A stretch of 32,000 bases of DNA from Brevundimonas vesicularis (lineage in GTDB: Bacteria; Pseudomonadota; Alphaproteobacteria; Caulobacterales; Caulobacteraceae). The stretch is from positions 1,238,194 through 1,270,193 of the forward strand of contig NZ_CP115671.1 in the NCBI RefSeq assembly GCF_027886425.1, read 5' to 3'. Position 1 is the first letter of the stretch, and each line of letters begins with the position of its first letter. The notes under the pieces are model-generated. The model saw nothing but the letters and a program-made list of their open reading frames with translations. It made no database searches and was not told the DNA's origin. Of the stretch, positions 8,452 to 17,187 are shown piece by piece. A program made the translations under genes and the position numbers.

Positions 8452-9159
8452 CTAGGCGTCGATAACTGACAAAGCGCCGTCGGGCAGCGGGCGCTGCAGC
8501 GCCTTGGCCGTCTCCCACGGCTCCGTCATCCACGCCTCGATCTCGTCGGACTGCGTCAGGATCACCGGCATGGCCTTGGGGTGAACGGCGCCGACCTCCG
8601 CGTTGGGTTCGGTCGTCAGGAAGGCGAAGACGTCGATCGTCTCCATGCCGGTCTTGATCTTGCGCACGCTTGTGTGGGCCTGAAGGTGAATTCCGGCGAA
8701 AAAGGCCAGGGGCTCGGGCTCGTCTCCCGCGAGCTTGAACCAGACGGGTCGGTATTTTCCGGCCGCGTTCCGGCCCGGCTCGCTGAAGGCCGTGAAGGGG
8801 ACCAGACAGCGCGACGCCGGCGACAGATATGGGCGCCAATGGCCGGAGCTGGTGTTGCGGACGTTGGTCGTGCCGCTGTCGGGTTCGAACTCGAGGACTT
8901 TCTGAAAGTCGACCTCGCCGCCTTTGGCCCTTAGCTTGTCGGCACGTTTCGTCGCATTGTCGAAGATCATCTTCTGGGATGACGGCATGCCCCAGCGCGC
9001 CGAAGCCAGAATGCGCTCTGCGCCCTCCCAGCGCACGATCGGCGCGGGATAGTCGGGATAGACGTCGCCCGGCGCGAGGTTTCCGACGGTCGATCGCATG
9101 GCGTTCGCCGCATCCAATATGGCTTGGGGGCCGGAGCGTTGGCGGTACAGGTTGCACAT
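8452..9159 (-). CDS. SOS response-associated peptidase (SRAP; YedK/HMCES family)
   Basis: 235 aa starting MCNLY, with the catalytic Cys at position 2. Typical SRAP blocks follow: ARWGM, TTNVRN, HWRPYL, RCLVPFTAFSE, HPKAMPVIL. Confidence 0.85.
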   Translation of the reverse strand: MCNLYRQRSGPQAILDAANAMRSTVGNLAPGDVYPDYPAPIVRWEGAERILASARWGMPSSQKMIFDNATKRADKLRAKGGEVDFQKVLEFEPDSGTTNVRNTSSGHWRPYLSPASRCLVPFTAFSEPGRNAAGKYRPVWFKLAGDEPEPLAFFAGIHLQAHTSVRKIKTGMETIDVFAFLTTEPNAEVGAVHPKAMPVILTQSDEIEAWMTEPWETAKALQRPLPDGALSVIDA

Positions 9160-9605
9160 CAGGCTTTGGCCTTTTTCAGAGCCGCAGCCAGGGATTTGCG
9201 CTCCGCCTCATAGGTCGTCTCCGCCTCCTGACGCGCCTGATTCAGCGTGGCCTGTTGTTCTTCGAAATCAGTCCTTACCGCCTGATGGCGTTGATCCAGA
9301 TCGGCCAGCGCCGCCTGCAGCTTTTCGATTTTGGCGGCCTTCGCCTTGGATGGTCCCCGAGGTTTGGCGGGTTTCGCCTTTCCGATCTTGCCGACATCGA
9401 TCGCAAGCCCGCGCTCGACGACCTCGCCAGGAGAGGCTAGGGCGGCCTCGTAATCCGGTCCGCCGGAAAGCTGGCTGGCCAGGCCGGTTGCGAACAGATC
9501 TTGCTTTGAGCCCCAGGCCTCCAAAGCCTTGGGTCGCGAGCTTGTGGCGACGGTGAAGGCATGGAAGCCGTCGGACCAGGTGAAGACCTTCAGCTTGGCC
9601 GCCAT
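9159..9605 (-). CDS. Hypothetical protein: globular N-domain, Lys/Ala/Pro linker, C-terminal coiled coil
   Basis: 148-aa ORF. Its stop shares one base with the SRAP ATG (TGATG at 9161-9157). The composition is coding-like and the C-terminal region IEKLQAALADLDQRHQAVRTDFEEQQATLNQARQEAETTYEAERKSLAAALKKAKA is heptad-like. No family recognised. Confidence 0.6.
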   Translation of the reverse strand: MAAKLKVFTWSDGFHAFTVATSSRPKALEAWGSKQDLFATGLASQLSGGPDYEAALASPGEVVERGLAIDVGKIGKAKPAKPRGPSKAKAAKIEKLQAALADLDQRHQAVRTDFEEQQATLNQARQEAETTYEAERKSLAAALKKAKA

Positions 9606-9606
9606 G

Positions 9607-9843
9607 TCAGTCGATCAGTCCGCGACGCTGCATGTCCATGATGATGGGATCGGTCAGCGAAGCGATGACCTCCATGTCGAAGGCGTCCTCCGCTTCCGTC
9701 TCATCGGCAAACGAGCGTGGTTGGTTCTGGCGTAGGGTTGAAAGCCGCCAGGATGATTGGGCCACCTGCTGCCGGGCCAGATGCTCGATGCGTTGAAGGC
9801 GAACGCCGGCGCGCGATCTGATGAGAGTCTTGCGTGTCGCCAT
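9607..9843 (-). CDS. Hypothetical small protein (78 aa)
   Basis: I place the start at ATG 9843 (MATRKTLIRS...) because GGGAGGA lies 7 nt upstream; the ORF track's GTG start at 9873 lacks an SD. The stop at 9609-9607 is 1 nt from the next ATG. No family recognised. Confidence 0.5.
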   Translation of the reverse strand: MATRKTLIRSRAGVRLQRIEHLARQQVAQSSWRLSTLRQNQPRSFADETEAEDAFDMEVIASLTDPIIMDMQRRGLID

Positions 9844-10236
9844 CAGTCGGTCCTCCCAGCCGAACCCTGACACGCAGGCCGATGAATGTGGAGTCGCGAC
9901 CTTGAAACGCCGCCCGGGCCTCGCTGAAGCGTCATTGCTTTACGTAGAGATATTTCAGGACCCTCGCAGATCAGTTGGTCGATCGGCGGACGAAAATGGC
10001 TGCCTGTGACTCGCTGCGGACTTTGAGAAAGGCCGGTTTGCGTTAAGGCTCCTGCCCGATTGCAGCAGGCCGAGGACTAGCACCCATCTGATCGATGCCG
10101 GCAGATCAGGCGGCCTGTCTTGCACTAGCAAATTGTCGCTGTTTCTCTTTGAGTGATGCAAATGCTGAAGCACTCTCAGCTGGTACGTTGGAAATAGACT
10201 GCTTCGCGCGTGCTTCAGGGGTGATAGACAGCGAGC

Positions 10237-10974
10237 ATGTTGAAAGTTCGCGCGCTGCCGACGACCTGTGCCGACCGGCCCACCAGTTCAGTCTGCTCTG
10301 GCTGTGGCGCGCGCGCGTTCAGCGTCTGCGACGCGTTGTCGGAGGTCGATCTTGGGCGATTGGATTCACTCGCAGAACGCGTGACGCTGGCGGGCGGTGA
10401 CGTCCTGGCCAATGAGGCCGAACCGGTCGTGAACGTCTTCAACATCACATCGGGCGCGGTCCGGATTTACAAGCTGCTGCCCGATGGTCGCCGCCAGATC
10501 ACCGGTTTCCTGTTCGCCGGGGATTTCATTGGACTGACGGCGGGGACGACCTACGCCTTCTCTGCTGAGGCGATTGAGGACACGACCGTATGTCGCTTCC
10601 GGGCCTCTGAATATCGCGCCCTGGCGCGGGAGCGGCCCAGTCTGGAAGCGGCCTTGCTGAGCCGGGCGATGCATGAGCTGACGGCGGCGCAGGACCAGAT
10701 GCTGCTGCTCGGTCGCAAGACCGCGCGTGAACGCCTGGCCAGCTTCTTGGTCACGATGCTTTTGCGCGATCCCCTGCGGCCCTCCGGCGACAATGACGTG
10801 CGACTGCCGATGACCCGATCCGAGATCGCGGACTATCTCGGACTGACGATCGAGACCGTCAGTCGCGAGCTGACCAAGTTGAAGACCAGCGGCGTCATCC
10901 ATGCCGTTTCCCTGCACGACTTGCGGATCGAGCGCCCTGACCGCCTGAAAGACATGGCGAACGGCGCATCCTAG
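10237..10974 (+). CDS. fnr: Crp/Fnr-family oxygen-responsive transcription factor (FNR/FnrL type with Fe-S Cys cluster)
   Basis: 245 aa. Cys20, Cys23, Cys31 and Cys119 mirror E. coli FNR Cys20/23/29/122. It has a cNMP-binding-like fold (RIYKLLPDGRRQITGFLFAGDFIG) and a C-terminal HTH with the FNR-type recognition helix (MTRSEIADYLGLTIETVSRELTKLK). Confidence 0.85.
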   Translation: MLKVRALPTTCADRPTSSVCSGCGARAFSVCDALSEVDLGRLDSLAERVTLAGGDVLANEAEPVVNVFNITSGAVRIYKLLPDGRRQITGFLFAGDFIGLTAGTTYAFSAEAIEDTTVCRFRASEYRALARERPSLEAALLSRAMHELTAAQDQMLLLGRKTARERLASFLVTMLLRDPLRPSGDNDVRLPMTRSEIADYLGLTIETVSRELTKLKTSGVIHAVSLHDLRIERPDRLKDMANGAS

Positions 10975-12617
10975 GCGGCCATGTTATCCGGGGGGCAGGT
11001 CAGACGAAGATGTCCGTCGCTGTCCAGCCCTTCGACCCGGATGGAGCGGTTGCAGAGCGCCATCGGCGACGCCCGGTGGCTGACCAAGATCAGGCCCTGC
11101 CCCCGCGCGGCCAGGCGGTTCTGAAGGCGGCCCAGGATCTGGGCCTCCGTCGCGGCGTCCAGGCCTTCCGTCGGTTCGTCAAGCACTAGCCAGGGCGCAT
11201 CGCGCAGATAGGCGCGCGCCAGGCCAAGACGCCGTCGTTCTCCGCCGGATAGCTGCTCGCCGTTCGGTCCGACGGGGGTGTCCAGCCCCAGCGATTCGGC
11301 GCGAATTCGGTCGCCCAGCGCGGCGTCGTCCAGCGCCGCCCACAGGGCCGCATCGTCGGCAGGTCCTGCAAGCAACAGGTTCTCGCGCACGGATCCGTTC
11401 AGCAGACGGACGTCCTGGGCCGCATAGGCGAACAGCTGGCGCCGATCCTCCGGCGCGATGACAACGGCGTCCAATCCACCGAGCCGCATCTCGCCGGTCT
11501 GGGGCGTTCGCAACCCGATCAGGCGTTCGATCAGCGTCGTCTTGCCAGCGCCGGAGGGACCGAAGACGCCGAGGCGGTAGGGCGGCGTCAGCTCGGCGCC
11601 AAGGTTTGCGAGACCGAGCGCCGCACCTCTGAGCGGTCGACCGTGACGGGAGGACGCCGTGGGTATGGCGGCGTCGAGGCGAGACAGGGCCTGGGCGGCG
11701 GAGCCGTTCTGGTGCAGGGCGACGACCAGCCCTGCGGCGGATTCGACGCCCATGACCGCCGCCAGGGCTGCCAGCGCGATCAGCGGCAGGTCGGCGGAGG
11801 AGGCGGCGGGGATGACGACGCCGACCGCGAGGGCGCTGGCCGCCGCCTGCCACACGGCCATCCAGCCGCCCGATCGAGTCAGGGCGATCTGCGCCGCGTC
11901 GTGATCGGCGGCGACCCGCGCGACCTGCGAGCACGCCCAGTCGTCAAGACCGTAGGCCTTCAGCTCGGGAGCGGCGGCCTCCAGGGCGGCGAGGCGATCC
12001 TTCAGCGCGCCTGCGCCGGTCTGCACCGCTCGGCCGGCGGGATCGGCGAGGCGGCGGGCGATTAGAACGCCGCCCAGAACGGCTGCAATCATCACGACGA
12101 ACAGGGCCGCGCCGGCCCAGGGGGAGGCGAGGCCGGCCAGCAGAACGGCGGAAACGGCGCCGGCGCCCAAGCTCCAGAGCGCCGAGCGCCGCACGAACAG
12201 GGTCTGAACCGCGTCCACGTCCTGAACCAGCCGGGCCGAGACCTCGCCGGACGACAGGTTCAGAGCGCGCTCGGCCGGGCCTGTGGCGATGGCGTCGAAC
12301 AGTTGAGGGCGCAGGCGGGCGAGCGCCTTCAGGGCAGCCTCATGGCCCGCGACGCGCTCAACATAGCGCCCGCCGGTGCGGACGATGGCCAGCAGGCGGA
12401 TGATGGCGCTGGGCATCATGTAGTTGAAGCTCTGGGCGGCCGCCGCGCCCGCCAGGCCCGCAAAGGCTGCGCCCGTGATGAACCAGCCCGACAGCCCCAA
12501 CAGACAGACGGCCGCCACCGAGACGACAGCGCCGCCGGCCGCGGCGAGCCGAAGCCGGGCGCGCTGGGCCTGAATCTGCGCGGCGATCAGGCCGGCGATG
12601 CGCGATGTGACTCTCAT
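10971..12617 (-). CDS. cydC: Thiol-reductant ABC exporter subunit CydC (fused permease/ATPase)
   Basis: The ORF track extends to 13013. I place the start at ATG 12617 (MRVTSRIAGL...), which overlaps the cydD stop (ATGA). Walker A GPSGAGKTT, ABC signature LSGGERRRL and Walker B LVLDEP are present. It is the second gene of a pair divergent from cydAB. Confidence 0.8.
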   Translation of the reverse strand: MRVTSRIAGLIAAQIQAQRARLRLAAAGGAVVSVAAVCLLGLSGWFITGAAFAGLAGAAAAQSFNYMMPSAIIRLLAIVRTGGRYVERVAGHEAALKALARLRPQLFDAIATGPAERALNLSSGEVSARLVQDVDAVQTLFVRRSALWSLGAGAVSAVLLAGLASPWAGAALFVVMIAAVLGGVLIARRLADPAGRAVQTGAGALKDRLAALEAAAPELKAYGLDDWACSQVARVAADHDAAQIALTRSGGWMAVWQAAASALAVGVVIPAASSADLPLIALAALAAVMGVESAAGLVVALHQNGSAAQALSRLDAAIPTASSRHGRPLRGAALGLANLGAELTPPYRLGVFGPSGAGKTTLIERLIGLRTPQTGEMRLGGLDAVVIAPEDRRQLFAYAAQDVRLLNGSVRENLLLAGPADDAALWAALDDAALGDRIRAESLGLDTPVGPNGEQLSGGERRRLGLARAYLRDAPWLVLDEPTEGLDAATEAQILGRLQNRLAARGQGLILVSHRASPMALCNRSIRVEGLDSDGHLRLTCPPDNMAA

Positions 12618-14218
12618 AAAGTCACCACGCGGTCGGCCAGGGCGGCGACGGCTGGCGAGTGGGTGGCGATCAGGGTGGTGCGGCCGCGCGCGGCCTGACG
12701 GATGACGTCCAGTATGGCGTGTTCGGAGACCGGATCCAGATTGGCGGTCGGCTCGTCGAGCACGAGAAGCGGCGCCCGCTTCAGGATGGCGCGGGCGAGG
12801 CCCAGGCGACGGCGTTCGCCGCCCGAAAGGCCGCCGCCGCGCTCGTCGATGCGGCGATCCAGATCGCCGGACAGGCCGGCCGTGCGCGCCGCCATGACGA
12901 TGCGGCCGGGGCAGGCGGTGCGATCCGCCAGGGCGATGTTCTCGGCCAGGGTCCCAGGCGTCACGATCGGGTGCTGGCTGGCCCAGGCGACCCGCCCGGC
13001 GATGTCGCCGCACTGGCTGAGCCGCGCGCCGCCCACCTCGACCTCGCCGCGCGTCAGAGGCGCGAGGCCGAGCAGCAGATGCAGGAGGCTGGACTTGCCC
13101 GCGCCGCTGGCGCCCATCACCGCCACGATCTGGCCCGGCGCAATGTCGAGGTCGAACCCGTCGATGACCGTCGCTGAGCCTTCATAAGCGATGGCGACAT
13201 CGCGGAAATGGATGGCGGGCGCCAGGTCGCCGATGGGCGCGCGCTGGGCCGGGCGCGGATCTGGCGTGATTAGGGATGGGACCGCAGCCTCGGCGGCCTG
13301 GCGATCATGATAGGCGGCCGCCAGGCGACGCAACGGCGCATAGACTTCGGGCGCCAGGGCCAGCACGAAGAAGGCGCGCGACAGGTCCAGCGTCTCGGGA
13401 ACAGGGAAGGGCAGCAGCCGCAACAGGTTGAAGCCGCAATAGACGGCGATCAGCGCGACCGACAAGGCCGAGAAGAACTCCAGCACGCCCGATGACAGGA
13501 AGGCGATGCGCATGACGCGGGCGGTGCGGCGCTCCAGTTCGTCCGACGCCTGGGCGATCTGCACCGTCGTGTGGCCCACGGCGTCGAAGGCGAGAATGGC
13601 GGGCAGGGTGCGGATACGGTCGATGAACAGGCCGGACAGCCGCTCAAGCGCCTGAAACTGACGACGGCTTTCGCCCGCCGCAGCCGTGCCCGCCAGGGCC
13701 ATGCCGACGATGAACGGGAACAGGGTGAACAGCAGAATGCCCGCCGACACCGGGCTGGCGATCGCGGCGGCGGCGATGATCAGCAGGGGCGAAACGCCTG
13801 CGGCGAGGCGCAAGGGTGCAAACCGCGAATAGTAGCCCTCCAGGGCGCCGACCCCCTCGACCAGGGCCGTCATCTGCGCGCTGGATCGTCGTCCTCGCCC
13901 GAACAGGTCCGACAACAGGCGGCCTCGGACGTCGGTCTTTATCGCCCGACCCAGCGTCGCGCCGACGATCACGGCGGCCTGGCCGATCAGGCCGCGCGCG
14001 ATCAGACTGAACACAGCCAGGGCCAGCCACGGCGCGGCGGCGGCCGGCGATACGGTCAGGCTGGAAATCGTCAAAGCCAGCCCCGCCGCGAAGCCGATCG
14101 CTGGCGCGACGTCCGCAACGGTCAGCACGCCGGTCAGCAGGGTCAGCCGCCTCCACGGACGACCAATCTGCTTCAGCCAGGCGGCCGCAGAGACAGGGGC
14201 GATTGGCACGGCGCTCAT
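12614..14218 (-). CDS. cydD: Thiol-reductant ABC exporter subunit CydD (fused permease/ATPase)
   Basis: I place the start at ATG 14218 (MSAVPIAP...) because GGAG lies 7 nt upstream; the ORF track start is 14293. Walker A GASGAGKSS, signature LSGGERRRL and Walker B LVLDEP are present. It is the first gene of the cydDC pair. Confidence 0.8.
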   Translation of the reverse strand: MSAVPIAPVSAAAWLKQIGRPWRRLTLLTGVLTVADVAPAIGFAAGLALTISSLTVSPAAAAPWLALAVFSLIARGLIGQAAVIVGATLGRAIKTDVRGRLLSDLFGRGRRSSAQMTALVEGVGALEGYYSRFAPLRLAAGVSPLLIIAAAAIASPVSAGILLFTLFPFIVGMALAGTAAAGESRRQFQALERLSGLFIDRIRTLPAILAFDAVGHTTVQIAQASDELERRTARVMRIAFLSSGVLEFFSALSVALIAVYCGFNLLRLLPFPVPETLDLSRAFFVLALAPEVYAPLRRLAAAYHDRQAAEAAVPSLITPDPRPAQRAPIGDLAPAIHFRDVAIAYEGSATVIDGFDLDIAPGQIVAVMGASGAGKSSLLHLLLGLAPLTRGEVEVGGARLSQCGDIAGRVAWASQHPIVTPGTLAENIALADRTACPGRIVMAARTAGLSGDLDRRIDERGGGLSGGERRRLGLARAILKRAPLLVLDEPTANLDPVSEHAILDVIRQAARGRTTLIATHSPAVAALADRVVTL

Positions 14219-14325
14219 CAGGCGACTCCAGCGCTTGGCGCAGGTCGCGCGCCACTGGGCGAAACGTCGTTGGACGAAATGTCCAAGGACCAAGCGTCCA
14301 ATAGGGCCGGGCGTTCGCCGCCGCT

Positions 14326-14339
14326 TTGATCGAGATCAA
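14326..14339. promoter_or_regulatory. Perfect FNR/FixK box TTGAT-CGAG-ATCAA in the cydD/cydA divergent promoter region
   Basis: Exact match to the TTGAT-N4-ATCAA consensus. The centre lies about 80 nt upstream of the cydA ATG and about 114 nt upstream of the cydD ATG. An FNR-type regulator is encoded 3.4 kb away. Confidence 0.75.
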
Positions 14340-14411
14340 GGCGGGCGTCCTGCGTACCGCCTACGGCCGACGAAACGTCGGTCCAGCAGACCGATTCCTC
14401 GGAGCAACGCC

Positions 14412-15995
14412 ATGATCGACCTCGCGGTCGTCGACCTGTCCCGGCTGCAGTTCGCGCTGACGGCCCTTTACCACTTCCTGTTCGTGCCCCTGACGCTGGG
14501 GCTGTCGTTCATGCTGGTCATCATGGAGTCGATCTATGTGATGACCCGCCGGCCCATCTGGCGGACGATCACCCGCTTCTGGGGCGTCTGCTTCGGCATC
14601 AACTTCGTGCTGGGCGTCGCGACCGGCATCACCATGGAGTTCCAGTTCGGCATGAACTGGAGCTATTACAGCCACTATGTCGGCGACATCTTCGGCGCGC
14701 CGCTGGCCATCGAAGGGCTGATGGCCTTCTTCCTGGAGGCGACCTTTGTCGGCCTGATGTTCTTCGGCTGGGACAAGCTGAAGCCGCACGCCCACCTGTT
14801 CGTGACTTTCATGGTCGCGCTGGGCACCAATCTGTCGGCCCTGTGGATCCTGATCGCCAACGGCTGGATGCAGAACCCGGTCGGCGCCGCCTTCAATCCC
14901 GACACGATGCGGATGGAGGTCACGGACTTCATGGCCGTGGTGTTCAACCCGGTGGCCCAGGCCAAGTTCGTTCACACCGTCTCGGCCGGTTATGTTTGCG
15001 CCTCGGTCTTCGTTCTGGGCGTTTCGGCCTTCTATCTGCTGCGTGGCAAGCACGTCGGCTTCGCCAAGCGGTCGATGACGGTGGCCTCGGCGTTCGGTCT
15101 GGCGGCGTCGCTGTCGGCCGTCGTGCTGGGCGACCAGTCCGGCTATAATCTGACCGATAACCAGAAGATGAAGCTCGCCGCTCTGGAGGCCATGTGGCAC
15201 ACCGAGCCTGCGCCCGCCGGTCTGACGCTGATCGGCGTTCCCTCGATGAAGGACCGCGAGACCCATTTCGGCGTTCACGTACCGTGGATCATGGGGCTGA
15301 TCGCGACCCGCACCATCGACAAGCCCGTCGAAGGCATCTTCGAACTGGTCGCCACGGCTGAGGACCGCATCGAATCCGGCGTCATCGCCTATGATGCGCT
15401 GGAGAAGGTCAAGGCTGACCCGGCCGATCCCGTCGCGCGCGGCGTGTTCGAGACCCATCGCCGCGACCTGGGCTATGGCCTGCTGCTGAAGCGCCACGTC
15501 GCCGATCCTCGCCAGGCCACGCCGGCGCTGATCCAGCAGACCGCATGGGAGACGGTGCCGAACGTCCCGGCCCTGTTCTGGAGCTTCCGCATCATGGCGG
15601 GCATCGGAATGTTCATGATCGCCCTATTCGGGACCGCCTTCGTGCTGTGCACCCTGCGCAAGCATCATACGAAGTGGTTCCTGCGGTTAGCCGTCCTGGC
15701 CATCCCGCTGCCGTGGATCGCGATCGAGTTCGGGTGGATCCTGGCCGAGTTTGGCCGCCAGCCGTGGGCGGTGGAAGGCGTGCTGCCCACCTTCCTGGGC
15801 GCCTCGTCCCTGACCGTACCGCAACTGTGGGCCACGATCGTCGGCTTCACCCTGCTGTATGGCGCGCTGGCGGTGGTCGAGGTGCGGCTGATGCTCTTCG
15901 CCATCAAGAAGGGGCCGTTCCACGAACAGGAGACGTTCGGCGAACCCAGCCCCGAAGCCCCGGCCGAGCGCGTTCCTGCGCCCGCCGTGGCCTGA
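14412..15995 (+). CDS. cydA: Cytochrome bd ubiquinol oxidase subunit I
   Basis: I place the start at ATG 14412 (MIDLAVVDLSRLQFALTALYHFLFVPLTLGL, canonical CydA N-terminus) with GGAG 8 nt upstream. GWMQNPVG and EFGWILAEFGRQPW motifs are present. Confidence 0.95.
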   Translation: MIDLAVVDLSRLQFALTALYHFLFVPLTLGLSFMLVIMESIYVMTRRPIWRTITRFWGVCFGINFVLGVATGITMEFQFGMNWSYYSHYVGDIFGAPLAIEGLMAFFLEATFVGLMFFGWDKLKPHAHLFVTFMVALGTNLSALWILIANGWMQNPVGAAFNPDTMRMEVTDFMAVVFNPVAQAKFVHTVSAGYVCASVFVLGVSAFYLLRGKHVGFAKRSMTVASAFGLAASLSAVVLGDQSGYNLTDNQKMKLAALEAMWHTEPAPAGLTLIGVPSMKDRETHFGVHVPWIMGLIATRTIDKPVEGIFELVATAEDRIESGVIAYDALEKVKADPADPVARGVFETHRRDLGYGLLLKRHVADPRQATPALIQQTAWETVPNVPALFWSFRIMAGIGMFMIALFGTAFVLCTLRKHHTKWFLRLAVLAIPLPWIAIEFGWILAEFGRQPWAVEGVLPTFLGASSLTVPQLWATIVGFTLLYGALAVVEVRLMLFAIKKGPFHEQETFGEPSPEAPAERVPAPAVA

Positions 15996-16019
15996 CCCAA
16001 GACCTTAGGACATCCGACA

Positions 16020-17168
16020 ATGGATATTCCCCTCGACTTCGCCACCCTTCGTTTGATCTGGTGGGGGCTGCTGGGCGTGCTTCTGATCGCCTTCGCCCTG
16101 ACCGACGGTTTCGACCTGGGCGTCGGCGCCCTTCTGCCCTTCGTCGCCAGGACGGATGAAGAACGCCGCATGGTGATCAACACCGTCGGCGCCACCTGGG
16201 AAGGCAACCAGGTGTGGTTTATCCTGGGCGGCGGCGCCATCTTCGCCGCCTGGCCCTTCGTCTACGCCGTCAGCTTCTCGGGCTTCTACCTGGCCATGTT
16301 CTTGGTGCTGTCCGCGCTGATCCTGCGGCCTGTGTCGTTCAAATATCGCTCGAAGCGGGCGTCGCCGAAGTGGCGGTCGTTCTGGGACTGGTGCCTGTTC
16401 ATCGGCGGCTTCGTTCCGGCCCTGGTGTTCGGGGTCGCGGTGGGCAACGTCCTGCTGGGCGCGCCCTTCCATCTGGATGGCGACCTGCGGTCCTTCTACG
16501 ACGGCACGCTGCTCGGCCTGTTCACCCCCTTCAGCCTCATCGCCGGCCTGTTGTCGGTGGCCATGCTGGTCCTGCACGGCGCGGCCTGGCTGTCGGTCAA
16601 GGCCGAGGCCGGCCCGGTGATGGAGCGGGCGCGTCTGTTCGGCACGGTCGCCGCTATTCTGGCCCTGATCCTGTTTGCGGTCGGCGGACTCTATGTCGCT
16701 TACGGCGGCCTTGGCTACCGGATCACCGGCGCGCTGGACGTCAACGGCTTCTCCAATCCGCTGCGCACGACGGTTCAGGCCGCGCCCGGCGCCTGGCTGG
16801 ACAACTACGGCCGCTATCCGTGGATGCTGATCGCGCCGGTCCTGGGCTTTCTGGGCGCGCTGACCGGCCTGATCGGGATGTGGCGGCGGTCCGCGCCGCA
16901 GGCTTTCGGCGGATCTTCCCTGTCCGCCGTGGGCATCATCTCCACCGTCGGCCTTTCGATGTTCCCGTTCATCCTGCCCAGCTCGGTCAATCCTCAGTCC
17001 AGCCTGACGGTGTGGAACGCCTCGTCCAGCCATCTGACCCTGTTCATCATGCTGATCTGCACGGCGATCTTCCTGCCTCTGGTGCTGCTCTACACCGCCT
17101 GGGTCTATCGCGTGCTCTGGGGCAGGACATCGACCGCCGCCCTCAAGACCAATCCCGATCTGTACTGA
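16020..17168 (+). CDS. cydB: Cytochrome bd ubiquinol oxidase subunit II
   Basis: 382 aa. The N-terminus (LIWWGLLGVLLIAFALTDGFDLGVG) and the NQVWFILGGGAIFAAWP block are canonical CydB. It follows cydA by 24 nt. Confidence 0.95.
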   Translation: MDIPLDFATLRLIWWGLLGVLLIAFALTDGFDLGVGALLPFVARTDEERRMVINTVGATWEGNQVWFILGGGAIFAAWPFVYAVSFSGFYLAMFLVLSALILRPVSFKYRSKRASPKWRSFWDWCLFIGGFVPALVFGVAVGNVLLGAPFHLDGDLRSFYDGTLLGLFTPFSLIAGLLSVAMLVLHGAAWLSVKAEAGPVMERARLFGTVAAILALILFAVGGLYVAYGGLGYRITGALDVNGFSNPLRTTVQAAPGAWLDNYGRYPWMLIAPVLGFLGALTGLIGMWRRSAPQAFGGSSLSAVGIISTVGLSMFPFILPSSVNPQSSLTVWNASSSHLTLFIMLICTAIFLPLVLLYTAWVYRVLWGRTSTAALKTNPDLY

Positions 17169-17187
17169 CCCTTAGGAGCGCAGAACC

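Noticed and set aside
10149-10162. Possible FNR autoregulatory box TTGAGTGATGCAAA upstream of fnr. Nearby are TTGCACTAGCAA (10119-10130) and the CTGATC-N10-GATCAG inverted repeat (10088-10109).
   Set aside because: The right half-site of the first (GCAAA) matches ATCAA at only 2/5. The half-site spacing is wrong by 1-2 nt for the alternatives. The 6-bp arms are too short to be significant by eye.
12618-13013. 132-codon N-terminal extension of the cydC ORF (track ORF 10971..13013).
   Set aside because: The extension is Arg/Pro/His-rich and lies out of frame inside the cydD ATPase domain. ATG 12617 overlaps the cydD stop (ATGA) and gives a normal CydC of about 548 aa.
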